A stretch of 63,488 nucleotides of DNA, from the NCBI GenBank assembly GCA_904384255.1, contig CAJFJP010000001.1:21415-84902 (forward strand), written 5' to 3'. A program made the translations under genes and the position numbers. This DNA is from Candidatus Timburyella stercoris. Its GTDB lineage: Bacteria > Bacillota > Clostridia > Oscillospirales > Acutalibacteraceae. Of this stretch, positions 38,113-47,511 are shown piece after piece. Below the pieces are notes generated by a model. The model was not told the DNA's origin and did not search any database. It saw only the letters and a list, made by a program, of their open reading frames with translations. Within the stretch, counting starts at the first letter, position 1. Each line of letters starts with the position of its first letter.

Positions 38113-39170
38113 TTACAACACTTCCACATGCTCAAATCCGTAATACGTTTCTTTCACCGATTCATCGTGCCGTCCAAGGATATAGTGGAGAGGAACATCA
38201 TCCATACTGAAAAATTCACCGCGAACCGTACAGCTTTTTTCTGTGGATTACCTGTCTTGATAAGCCCGCCGCGCAGAACGAAGCTACTTTCGCTACCAGA
38301 CGGTGAGATCGGGGGATTTCGGGGATGGCGTCTATCGTGCCTTTTTCGGCGGCGTTTTCATACATGGCATCCGCACTGATATCAGGCATTCCGTTTGTAC
38401 CGGTCTCTGTGCTTTGGGATTCTGTGTTGTACCAGCCGTAGCCTTTGATGAGACCAACACAGCCTGCGGTTCGTCTGCCAAATCAGTTCTGTCGGATGAA
38501 TTCTTCGTTCCCGCCGACCTTATCGGGATATAGAGATTTTACTTGTGAGCAGGCTTTCGTCCAGCACCGTGCCATAAGTTCCGAATAAATAGTCTCAGTC
38601 GGATTTTTTCTCCCGCTTTGCCCATTCCGCCAAATCCAAATTGTTCTTGGTGGAAAGATCGGTATAGCCGGAGGTATCAATATACATCTCACGAATGCCG
38701 TCCATAACTTTTCTGAAATCGTCGGTGGTGAGCTGTGTTCCGAAAGCAGAATTGATAGCGGTAATGAGCTGCTCATCGGTCTGCTCTGCTGTAAAGCAGC
38801 CGATAAGCTTTGAGACGAAATCCGATTCACTCGCATGGTCGGAGAGTGCCAGCACATAAAGTACCTGCGCTTCTTTTACTCTGCCGGTGAAACCTGCGGC
38901 GATCATCTCATCCTCAATGGCGTACATGGTATCTTCCACAAACTGCAGCTTTACCCGTTCTTCCACAGACATATTTTCTACCACCATCTGCTGGAGGTGG
39001 TCGGTATCGATATTGATGTCGCCGCTGAAAATAGATACCACCACTACAACCGGCATAACGATGATTATGATGATACCAAGCACAATTCCACCGATGGTTT
39101 TTAATACTTTTGGATTGGTGAGGAGCGATACGGCAATCTTTTTGAGTGCCGCCGCTACCGTTACCGACAT
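38113..39170 (-). pseudogene. Decayed conjugation-associated cell-wall hydrolase (N-terminal TM plus NlpC/P60-like domain) with 2 in-frame TGA codons and at least 2 frameshifts
   Basis: ATG at 39170 overlaps the VirB4 TGA. The reading frame runs ...LDLAEWAKREKKSD-TGA(38595)-DYLFGTYGTVLDESLLTSK-[+1 shift in an A4 run near 38540]-SLYPDKVGGNEEFIRQN-TGA(38483)-FGRRTAGCVGLIKGYGWYN...GTNGMPDISADAMYENAAEKGTIDAIPEIP-[frame lost]-...GEFFSMDDVPLHYILGRHDESVKETYYGFEHVEVL-TAA(38113). The GCVGLIKGY stretch looks like an NlpC/P60 catalytic Cys motif. Confidence 0.65.
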
Positions 39171-41005
39171 CAGCGGCCACCAGACTTTCCGAAGATGGCT
39201 GACTTGTATTCCGGTGCAATTACTTGCAGCAGATACCGCTCGTTTCCGCATCGGTACAAACAGGTTCCTCTTTCGGGATATTTGATCAGTTCATACTCGC
39301 TCGGTTCAAGCTGCAGGGTGTCGATAAATGCTTTGGAATCAATCGAACCGGGGTTGAACATAAACTGGTGCGTCGGGATAGCAAACAACGGCTTGGTCAG
39401 CTCGCAGACCTCCGGCATAAGGAAGTCATTGATATTCTGGCTGGCAATCAAAATCGCCGAATCCTTTTTTCTCACACGCTTCATCGCGTTTCGGATATAC
39501 TCAATGGCGGTTTTGTTGGTGAGGTACAGATACAGCTCATCAATTGCCGCCGCCGTATTTCCTTTGCCGAGAAGCTGGTTGCTCATGTGGGAAAGAATGT
39601 TGAACAGCATGGCATCCTTCAGCCTGCGGTTGGTGTCCATTAAACCTTTGACTCCGAAACAGAGGAATTCGTCATCGATGATGTTGCTGTGACCGTTGAA
39701 GTATTTGCTTTCCGTTCCCACACACATGGAGTGGATACCAAGGCATACCTCCTGCAGGGTTTCTTCCGTATAAAGGTATTTTCTTTTGCTATCATAGGTC
39801 ATAAATTCTTCTTCGCACAGCTTATACAAATCCTCCATGACGGGATAGTCGATTGGTTTCAGCTTATTGTAATCGGTGGTATCGGAGATCCCGAACCGGG
39901 CATACAGCTTGGCGAGCAGGATTTCGAGGGTATCGATCTGCACATCAGTAAAATCCTTATAGGCTCTGAAAAAGTCCTTGAGGTAGGCGATGTGCTGGCT
40001 GAGTCTTGTTACCTTTCGGAATGCCGCAGGCGTATTGGGATCATTGTCGCCGTCATTTCCATCGCTCCAAGCTTTCGGCTCTAAAGGATTGACGATATAC
40101 TCGCCGGACATGAAGTCGATATAACAGCCGCCGAGAGCTTCCGTTAAATCTTCATATTCCGCCTCGGCGTCCAGTACGACGACCGATTTGCCGGATTCGC
40201 GGAGATTGGTCAGAATCAGTTTGAGCAGATATGATTTTCCCTGACCGGAATTTCCGAGAATGAGGATGTTGCTTGTGGTCTTATCCTCACTGCGGCGATC
40301 GAAATCCACGAGGATGTTCGTGCCGAACTTATCTCTGCCGATATAGATACCCTGCGGATCGGTTTTTCCGCTGAAATTAAACGGATAGAGGTTCGCCACT
40401 GAACTGGCAGGCAGGACTCGTTCATACTGCGCACCAAACTGATTCGCGCCTACAGGCAGAACTGAGAGGAAGCCCTCTTTTTGCCGAAGTGTCAGCCTAT
40501 CTACGGAAATCTTGGAGCGCGTCAGTTCCATTGCAATCTCCGATTGCAATTCTTTCAGCGCGTCCATGCTCTTTGCTTTCAGTTCAATAAATACCGAACA
40601 GTGCAAAAGCGGCTCTTTGTTCTTTCTAAGATTGGCGAGAAGTTCTACCACATCCTGCAGATTGCCTTCCGCCTCAATGGTTTCGTTGACATCGTTGCCA
40701 CCGGACATGAGCTTGTTTTTCCGGGTAGCATTCTGAATGATTTTCCTCTGCTCCATAGATTCCACAAGTCTGTGATAGATGCGGAGCGTTACGCCGTTGC
40801 GGTCGGCAAGCTGACTGAGAATTGCCTGTTCTTCAGTAGAGGGCGGATATTCTCTGACTACCCACACACAGCGATAACTATCACCCACGATATAATGGTC
40901 GGAGAGGAACTTAATTGTGCCGGGCAGGATACAATCGAAGAAGTCTTTTGTACGGATGACTTCCATCTCCGCAGGCGTCAGCGCCTTTGGGTTTCTTTTA
41001 AACAT
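39170..41005 (-). CDS. VirB4/TraE-type conjugation ATPase
   Basis: Walker A GNSGQGKSY, Walker B VVVLDAEAE. 611 aa. AGGAG SD. Confidence 0.9.
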   Translation of the reverse strand: MFKRNPKALTPAEMEVIRTKDFFDCILPGTIKFLSDHYIVGDSYRCVWVVREYPPSTEEQAILSQLADRNGVTLRIYHRLVESMEQRKIIQNATRKNKLMSGGNDVNETIEAEGNLQDVVELLANLRKNKEPLLHCSVFIELKAKSMDALKELQSEIAMELTRSKISVDRLTLRQKEGFLSVLPVGANQFGAQYERVLPASSVANLYPFNFSGKTDPQGIYIGRDKFGTNILVDFDRRSEDKTTSNILILGNSGQGKSYLLKLILTNLRESGKSVVVLDAEAEYEDLTEALGGCYIDFMSGEYIVNPLEPKAWSDGNDGDNDPNTPAAFRKVTRLSQHIAYLKDFFRAYKDFTDVQIDTLEILLAKLYARFGISDTTDYNKLKPIDYPVMEDLYKLCEEEFMTYDSKRKYLYTEETLQEVCLGIHSMCVGTESKYFNGHSNIIDDEFLCFGVKGLMDTNRRLKDAMLFNILSHMSNQLLGKGNTAAAIDELYLYLTNKTAIEYIRNAMKRVRKKDSAILIASQNINDFLMPEVCELTKPLFAIPTHQFMFNPGSIDSKAFIDTLQLEPSEYELIKYPERGTCLYRCGNERYLLQVIAPEYKSAIFGKSGGR

Positions 41006-41042
41006 TTTTTCTCCTTCCGCCGTAATTGCGGTTCAGAGGAAA

Positions 41043-41085
41043 GTATTAAAAATCAGCCGTCCTGCGAACCGCAAAACGACTGATT
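41043..41085 (-). terminator. Terminator after the hipA-like gene
   Basis: Minus strand AATCAGTCG-loop-CGGCTGATT (one G-U pair) followed by TTTAAT. Confidence 0.5.
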
Positions 41086-41115
41086 GGTAAGTTTATTCTA
41101 TTTGTATTGTGGGGG

Positions 41116-42651
41116 TTACATGGTCGTCTTCGGGGAATAATCCTCTGCGATGTTTTCTTCCACATCATCCTCGGTGGAATCGGTTTGTATCGGAGCACGC
41201 GTCATAGAGAACTGCATAAGGTTCTGAATGCGGCGGTTGACCGTTTCCGCGATGGCTTTGATCCGGTCATCATCCATATATTCCTTTGCGTCATCGGCGG
41301 ACAGTGTCTTTATAATCAGTTCATCCACATCGGCAAGCCTGTCAAAATCAATCCAGCTAAAGTCGGAGACCAGCTTTAGCTGCTCGGCATGGTGCTTTTT
41401 GAAAGGTTTACATTCTATATCTCGCTCCGCACGGATTTGTCCGACCACCTTATCGTAGCCGAGGGAAGATCCGCTGTCGTAAATTGGGGCGAAGCCAATC
41501 CACTCCAGCGTTTCCGCATTCCGAAGCACACCAAAGTTGTTCAGATGCCGATCTTCGTTGGCGATAAGATAGTCCAGCACAATCATACGGTCGAGGAAAG
41601 GCACAGTATCCTTTATGCTGAGCGCCTTGCAGCAGCTTATAAAATGTTGGTATACTGAGGTGCTGTTATCCTTTTTCTGCGTCTGTATGATGCGCCATGC
41701 GGGGACAAGATCGATGTTTTCTGAGACAAAATCCTCACACACACTATATGGCGCACCTTTGTTCCATGTGACCGTGTACGGCACATGGGGGATGCCGAGC
41801 CGTTCCATAATTCCGGCTGCAATCACTTCATTAAAAGGCTGCTGGCGGAATGGGTTAGAACCTCCTTTCACAAGACAGCGCTTGCCGTCGATGATCTTCC
41901 ACCTTTTCTTCAGGTTACCGTCCGATGTATTATCAGGAGAGCTGAAATCCAAAGCATTCGGCTTCTTGTTCATCCCAAACAGCACATCGCCGATATCGTC
42001 TGAGAAGTCGTTATCGAAAAAGTTTACCTGATCCCAAGTGAGGCCGGAATTTTCGGGACAGATCCAATATTGATCGGAGAGGCTGAGTCCATAACAACGA
42101 ACAAGAAGCATTTTTGTGCTGGAGATATCCAGCATTTCCAGTGCCTCGCGGATGCCGGAACGGCTTGCTGGAATAGAACGATCCGTCCACCACTCGTTGA
42201 GTGCTGCACGATCTGCAACGCCTCTGCGCGTAGGCACGCCGACCGGTAGATGCTCCGGTGCATACACCGTATTGATTTTCTGTATAAATCCGGTAACATC
42301 GTCCAGCTCGATTTCAGCGACAGCCGTCCTTTTATGCATTAAGGTACATTTCATATTTTTCACCTCATTTCGTATTTTAATTTTTCTACCGCTGTCTTTC
42401 GCAGCAGTTTTGGGAGTCTGACGCAGGGTACGAAGCTGCTCCTGCAATTCTTTCCGTAGCGCAATCTGCTCGGAAATCGCTTCAATCTCATCATCCTTCA
42501 GATACTTGCTTTGTTTCTGACCTTTTTCAGACCACTGATGATAAAAATACAGCTTCCCGCCTATGGATTTCTTCGAGATATATCCTTTCGGCAGTTCGTT
42601 GATTTTTGCTGTCAGCAACGTTATTTGATTCAAAATCTCGTTATCCTGCAT
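41116..42651 (-). CDS. HipA-like Ser/Thr kinase (HipA_C domain) with an N-terminal extension of about 100 aa
   Basis: LIANEDRHLNNFG catalytic-loop motif and SLSDQYWI, IYDSGSSLGY. ATG at 42651 follows GGAGGTG by 8 nt. Confidence 0.8.
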   Translation of the reverse strand: MQDNEILNQITLLTAKINELPKGYISKKSIGGKLYFYHQWSEKGQKQSKYLKDDEIEAISEQIALRKELQEQLRTLRQTPKTAAKDSGRKIKIRNEVKNMKCTLMHKRTAVAEIELDDVTGFIQKINTVYAPEHLPVGVPTRRGVADRAALNEWWTDRSIPASRSGIREALEMLDISSTKMLLVRCYGLSLSDQYWICPENSGLTWDQVNFFDNDFSDDIGDVLFGMNKKPNALDFSSPDNTSDGNLKKRWKIIDGKRCLVKGGSNPFRQQPFNEVIAAGIMERLGIPHVPYTVTWNKGAPYSVCEDFVSENIDLVPAWRIIQTQKKDNSTSVYQHFISCCKALSIKDTVPFLDRMIVLDYLIANEDRHLNNFGVLRNAETLEWIGFAPIYDSGSSLGYDKVVGQIRAERDIECKPFKKHHAEQLKLVSDFSWIDFDRLADVDELIIKTLSADDAKEYMDDDRIKAIAETVNRRIQNLMQFSMTRAPIQTDSTEDDVEENIAEDYSPKTTM

Positions 42652-42677
42652 CCCTACCACCTCCGTTTATCAATTAT

Positions 42678-42707
42678 ATTATACCCCGTTTTAACCCCTA
42701 TTGTCAA
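42678..42707 (-). promoter_or_regulatory. Near-consensus promoter dedicated to the hipA-like gene
   Basis: Minus strand TTGACA-18 nt-TATAAT, about 27 nt upstream of the ATG. Confidence 0.6.
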
Positions 42708-42890
42708 TGTAGTATAGTGCAGACAAGAAAATGTTACAATCTTATCTGCTTACGGCAGGGACTAAGAGCCTGCCGCCTTTTCTGCTCCCGTAATAAATGG
42801 AGAACGATAGGAACTGCTGTGTGTATGTGGGTGTGCTGTCCGTCCTATGGCGGCGAGAATCGCCGACAGCAGAACAGAATAATTCCCGTA

Positions 42891-43502
42891 CTAATCTTTT
42901 GTTTCTTGGTCATCTTCGCCTTCATAGAATTGTTCCCCGTCCGTATCGGGTATTTGGTCGCCATTCATACTTGCCTCGAAATAAATGGCAAGAAACCGTT
43001 TGATATCTGCTTTTTTCATTCTCTGTACCTCAAAGCCCTGATCGGAGATTACCTTTTCCGTGCGGTTAGCTGTATTGAATATCTGATCCGGTTTCATTCC
43101 CTTGCAACGCATGATAAACAAAAACTGTCTTGCGGTCGCCATTTCAGCCTGCACATGGTCAAGCATTTCCACGTCTTTTTTCAGAATTTTCCGTACCTTC
43201 GGGTTCTGCTCCTGTGAGAACCGCATTTGCAGATAGTTTTTGTTATCATCAAAGCACTCGCAGGAGTCAGTGCAGGTGATTTCGATGTTCGGAATTGCTG
43301 ACAGTATCATCATCAGATGCCGGATTTTGATTTCGATATTGGCGTGGGACAGCACCGAGATGTTAGTGGGTGAAACAAGGTAAAAAAGCAGTTCACCTTT
43401 ATTGGTACCAAGACCGTATTTCGTAAAAGACCTGAGACCCATCAGTTCCTGCGTTGAGCGTCCTTTTTTCTTTTTCTGCTGTTTTTCTTTTGCCTTAGTC
43501 AC
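42891..43502 (-). CDS. Conserved conjugation-module protein of unknown function (203 aa)
   Basis: GTG start follows GGAGGTG. Lys-rich N-terminus, then STQELMGLRSFTKYGL...LFYLVSPTNISVLS. Sits between the PrgI-like gene and virB4. Confidence 0.55.
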   Translation of the reverse strand: MTKAKEKQQKKKKGRSTQELMGLRSFTKYGLGTNKGELLFYLVSPTNISVLSHANIEIKIRHLMMILSAIPNIEITCTDSCECFDDNKNYLQMRFSQEQNPKVRKILKKDVEMLDHVQAEMATARQFLFIMRCKGMKPDQIFNTANRTEKVISDQGFEVQRMKKADIKRFLAIYFEASMNGDQIPDTDGEQFYEGEDDQETKD

Positions 43503-43669
43503 TGAGTATTCACCTCCGTTAATCGATTTTCGATTACACTGTTATCCCGATATCTTGGGATACTGCTTCTCCTTTTGTTGTTTACCCGCAAGCACGAAAT
43601 AAAAATTATCATCTGGCCTTCGTATGCGAATTAAGTGCCACAGAGAGTTTCTATAATGGCTCTGTCTGC

Positions 43670-43933
43670 TCATCTCCATTCAAAATATTGCTGTGTGCTG
43701 ATAAAGTACCGCACAGCATACCGGATAAAGTCAAGGACGGTAGTATCATCTATGCGGATAGTCAGAAAACCAAAGCACAGAGTTGCCGCTGCCGGAATCA
43801 AAAACCGGAGTTGCACCAGTATTACCACCGACAGCAGTGCAGCAATACATAAAATCGTGAAATCCCGTAATCCCCACATCCATAGGTTTGCTGTAGCTTT
43901 GAGGTTCTGAGGATATAGATAACTTGTCATCAT
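43670..43933 (-). CDS. PrgI/VirB3-like small membrane protein
   Basis: 87 aa, two TM helices (WGLRDFTILCIAALLSVVILV / AAATLCFGFLTI). Located in the T4SS operon. Confidence 0.5.
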   Translation of the reverse strand: MMTSYLYPQNLKATANLWMWGLRDFTILCIAALLSVVILVQLRFLIPAAATLCFGFLTIRIDDTTVLDFIRYAVRYFISTQQYFEWR

Positions 43934-44307
43934 ATTCCTCCCATCGTCATATTATCACCGCATTTTTCATACAGCTCTTTGAGTGAGCAGCCGCCATCTT
44001 TTTGACACTGCTCTTCCATCAGGGCAACCACAAGTGCCTTTTCGTTTTCAGAGGGAGTATAGTCAAAAAAATCACTATTGCCATCCCGATTAACCTGATA
44101 CATCATTTTCAGTTCTCCAGTCTTTGGATGATATTCTGCATACGAATTCAGCCATTCGTTGTCATTTTCCAACACATGAGTGCCGAATTTGGCATCCACA
44201 TCGAACCATGTTTCAACATAAGCGGTGATTGTTTCTTCGTCCGTATTAATCTCTAAATCCGAACCGATCTTTATGTCACTGCGTTCTAATTCTTTATCTT
44301 CTTTCAT
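43930..44307 (-). CDS. Hypothetical acidic protein (125 aa)
   Basis: ORF with a 4-nt overlap to the downstream gene. No domain recognised. Confidence 0.5.
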   Translation of the reverse strand: MKEDKELERSDIKIGSDLEINTDEETITAYVETWFDVDAKFGTHVLENDNEWLNSYAEYHPKTGELKMMYQVNRDGNSDFFDYTPSENEKALVVALMEEQCQKDGGCSLKELYEKCGDNMTMGGI

Positions 44308-44319
44308 GCCGTACCCCCG

Positions 44320-45255
44320 TTATTTACCAGCTGCCCTTGCAACCGAGCGCGTCAGATTGACCGCTGTTGTCGTTGCGTGAACAACGCTCATCATATTCAC
44401 TCTGACCGAAGAGTCCAGGCCAAACTGCTGGGCAATCCTCGGCACTTCATTTGCCGCCAGCATAATGCCAAGGCCAAGGAGCATATCGCCGGGAAAAGTG
44501 AGCAGACCAAGAAACAGAAGCGTTGTCTGCATAAATGCTGTGAGGCAGATAGCTGCCACCTGTTTCATCCACTGATTGAAGCCGTCCGTATATCCTCTCG
44601 GAACGGAAAACATATACAGTGCCCCCACCGACATTTGAATCAGCAGGATACCGCCTCTTTTAATGTTAGCAAAAAATATTTTGATAACGCAGTAAGCGAA
44701 AGCTATAAGAGATAGAATGTTAAAAAGATTAACACGCACTTCTTCCGATACTAAATAGCTGCCTGTAAGAACACTTAGGCTTTGCTGGGATAGATCAAGC
44801 GTTTCTGTACCTGCCAACACAGAGGCAAGGTCATGGGAGAAAGTGTTTTGCAGGGTAATACAAAATTTATACAGTTCGACCGGCACAATACCGATGAGCG
44901 AACAGGCAAAAAAGCCCTTGAGAATATTAATGGCAGTGGTCTTTATGCTTGCCCGGCCGTTCTGGTACTCTATGGCCACATCAAATACAGCCACCACCGT
45001 ACCCGCGATAAACAACGCCCACCCGAACAGCGTAAAAAGCCGGATAGACGCCTGTATCCATGCAAGGTCAAACAGATCAGCTCCCATGTTGCCCATATAT
45101 GTGAAAAAGTCCGCGACCGCGCCGTATACAGTTTTGTACATCCACTGCAGCATGGTATCCCATATGGCGCTTGATAGCTGCGTTCCGATCATGTCAAAAC
45201 CGCTGCTGATTGTTTCTAATATACTGATGACTAAATCTCTTAACCAGTCAAACAT
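44320..45255 (-). CDS. VirB6/TrbL-like polytopic membrane protein
   Basis: 311 aa, about 6-7 TM helices, in the T4SS operon. Confidence 0.55.
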   Translation of the reverse strand: MFDWLRDLVISILETISSGFDMIGTQLSSAIWDTMLQWMYKTVYGAVADFFTYMGNMGADLFDLAWIQASIRLFTLFGWALFIAGTVVAVFDVAIEYQNGRASIKTTAINILKGFFACSLIGIVPVELYKFCITLQNTFSHDLASVLAGTETLDLSQQSLSVLTGSYLVSEEVRVNLFNILSLIAFAYCVIKIFFANIKRGGILLIQMSVGALYMFSVPRGYTDGFNQWMKQVAAICLTAFMQTTLLFLGLLTFPGDMLLGLGIMLAANEVPRIAQQFGLDSSVRVNMMSVVHATTTAVNLTRSVARAAGK

Positions 45256-45358
45256 AAGGTAGGTTCACCTCTCTTTTTTGAAAAGTCAACGGATATCCCA
45301 TCAAAAGCTGAGACGTCCGCTGCGAGTAAATGTGTATGCAATCGTAGTATCCCGCTTT

Positions 45359-46807
45359 TCACATAGTCATTTCCAGTTGCTCCATATCGCCGGTTTCCTC
45401 TGGTTTATCCTCATGATCCGGCATCTCAAGGATGGCAGGATTAACAACGCCTTCTCCGGCATAGTCATATTGCAGATTATGCCATGCACGAAGTTCTTTA
45501 CCATATTTCCAGAATTCGCTCAGAGTCCCCACCGCATAGCCATACATAAAACCAGTAATTCCCAAGCCCTCATCAGCTTCGTATTGGGTTCTTTGCGCTG
45601 CTTCCGCTACTGTCGCACCGCCTGCTATTTCCTTTTCCATCATGGAAGCCCATCTTTCAAGATACTGCATAATGCCAGCTCTATAAAAATCCGATCCGTT
45701 CTGTTCTTTTAAATGTTGATATTCCTGTTCTTTCCCGTCTGCAACAGCAAAAGGAGGCAATCGAGAATTTTCTGTTTGAGCATCCTGTTTGTTCTGCGGA
45801 GATTCCGGTTCGTAAAGATTTTTCCAGGGATTCGATTCTGGCACAGTATCGGGGTACATCTGTGGTAAAATGCTGTCGATTTCATCCAGCGTACAGCAAC
45901 ATATTTCTCTGTCTCCAACCAACCTGTCTTGGTCAAATTGCATCGGTTCTGCAAACCTTGCCGCTATATCTAACCGTTCTGCCGGATAGAACACCTTTTC
46001 ATTCCGCAGAGTGTTATAAAACTGCCGCATAGTATGAATTTCTACAGCCTTATTCAGAATCTCATCGAAGTCAAGCGACTGCCATCTCTGTTCATTGACG
46101 AGATTCTCACGGTCGAGATTTTCGTCCAGAATTGTCATTAGCTGTTCGTGGTCATCTATATGCGCCGTCCGTTCTTCCGCAGCATAATATTTACCAATAT
46201 CATCACATTTTCTCTCCATCATTTCCAATATTCTGTTTGCTTCCGGCTCTATAGCAAACCGTCCCGATTGGTCATAAAAATACGCCATTATGCGAAGAGG
46301 TTTTTCTTCTTCCGCCAATTCCTTCATATATGCCTGCGGGTAATAGTCGCAACAATTCAGAAGATTATCATATACGGTTTTCACAGTGCAGATTTCGCCG
46401 ATTCGTGAAATAAGCGCATCGCGGCTATCGCTGTAGGCCGTTTCCCACTCGGCAAGGTATTCTGCATAATCGTTTTGCAGCTTTTCTCTAAGTGGAGCAA
46501 GGATAGCTTCGTCCCCGTGGGATATATAATGGTACGTAGGAGAGAGAATTTCTATCTGCGGCATAAAAACATAACTGCTATCCTTTGTCCATTCAGAGAT
46601 TTCTTCTTCCGTTGCATCTCGGTTGTCCTCACCGTTGTGATACCATATCTGTGTATCGGTAAGCTGGAACCGACAGGGGCGGTTTTCCTCGACAAGCTGC
46701 CTGTAATCTGCATTTTGCTCCAGGCTTTCCCAGTCGGGTGCATACAAGGTGAGTGACGGAGAGGTATCGGGTTTGACTCGGACTTCGTATTTATGAAAAA
46801 CTACCAC
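45359..46807 (-). CDS. Hypothetical 482-aa acidic protein of the transfer operon
   Basis: Long ORF with coding-like composition. No motif recognised. Confidence 0.55.
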   Translation of the reverse strand: MVVFHKYEVRVKPDTSPSLTLYAPDWESLEQNADYRQLVEENRPCRFQLTDTQIWYHNGEDNRDATEEEISEWTKDSSYVFMPQIEILSPTYHYISHGDEAILAPLREKLQNDYAEYLAEWETAYSDSRDALISRIGEICTVKTVYDNLLNCCDYYPQAYMKELAEEEKPLRIMAYFYDQSGRFAIEPEANRILEMMERKCDDIGKYYAAEERTAHIDDHEQLMTILDENLDRENLVNEQRWQSLDFDEILNKAVEIHTMRQFYNTLRNEKVFYPAERLDIAARFAEPMQFDQDRLVGDREICCCTLDEIDSILPQMYPDTVPESNPWKNLYEPESPQNKQDAQTENSRLPPFAVADGKEQEYQHLKEQNGSDFYRAGIMQYLERWASMMEKEIAGGATVAEAAQRTQYEADEGLGITGFMYGYAVGTLSEFWKYGKELRAWHNLQYDYAGEGVVNPAILEMPDHEDKPEETGDMEQLEMTM

Positions 46808-46831
46808 CGCTCATATCCTCCCATCCGTGTT

Positions 46832-47173
46832 TTATAAAATTGTCCAGATATATAACGGCGCAGTTAACGTGAAAATCAAGCAGGCGAATAAAATCGCCGG
46901 AGCCGTGAATTCAAACTGTCCGTGCTTGCGGTAATCAAAGTACGCTGTGCCGAGTTTTACAAAGAATAGAATGGCCAGAATCATATCCACCACAGGAAAG
47001 ATCACATTGTTGACGACTGTCTTGATCTGCGTCTGTGCCTGCGTCCATGTGTTTTCAATCGCTCCTGCCACATTGCCCTCCGCACCTTCCGCATAAATAG
47101 GAAGGGTGGACGCCGATATAACCACAAGCAACACCGCAAAACAAAGAAGGATTTTTAAGGGTTTCTTTTTCAT
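46832..47173 (-). CDS. VirB2/TrbC-like small secreted membrane protein
   Basis: ATG at 47173 overlaps the upstream stop (ATGA). Signal peptide MKKKPLKILLCFAVLLVVISAS followed by two TM helices. The longer track ORF (to 47299) overlaps the upstream gene. Confidence 0.45.
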   Translation of the reverse strand: MKKKPLKILLCFAVLLVVISASTLPIYAEGAEGNVAGAIENTWTQAQTQIKTVVNNVIFPVVDMILAILFFVKLGTAYFDYRKHGQFEFTAPAILFACLIFTLTAPLYIWTIL

Positions 47174-47511
47174 TGTGCATTTCCTCCTAACACTTTTTGA
47201 ATCTCTTTTTCTCTGATTGTTTTCGTGCGGATATTGAGGTTTTTGCAGAACTGTATCTCGCCCTGCATTCCTTCGGTTAGGGTATCGCCAAATACCCACA
47301 TCTCATCGCAAAACCACAGCAGGGACAGCCCCGCCGCCATCCCGATTTCGCGCTCTTTTGGGTTGCTGTCGTTAAGGCACTCCGCATAGAAATGCGGCAC
47401 GACCGGAGCCGTGCCGCAGACAAGCGCATATTTGGTGTATTTCCTGACCTGTTCCAGATTATCCTGTACATTACCGCCAAGCGGAGCGCAGATATACACC
47501 TTTTTCATCAT
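47170..47511 (-). CDS. DUF4406-like (nucleoside 2-deoxyribosyltransferase-like fold) protein
   Basis: KVYICAPLGG...VPHFYAECL...ELWVFGDTLTEGMQGEI pattern. The family call is from memory. Confidence 0.45.
   Translation of the reverse strand: MMKKVYICAPLGGNVQDNLEQVRKYTKYALVCGTAPVVPHFYAECLNDSNPKEREIGMAAGLSLLWFCDEMWVFGDTLTEGMQGEIQFCKNLNIRTKTIREKEIQKVLGGNAQ

Noticed and set aside
39170-43502. Hypothesis that the hipA cassette split a single VirB4 gene of about 800 aa into the 203-aa and 611-aa ORFs.
   Set aside because: The 611-aa protein has its own SD and a complete N-terminal domain of the 600-aa VirB4/TraE class. The 203-aa ORF ends in an acidic tail with a proper stop and shows no continuity with the VirB4 N-terminus.
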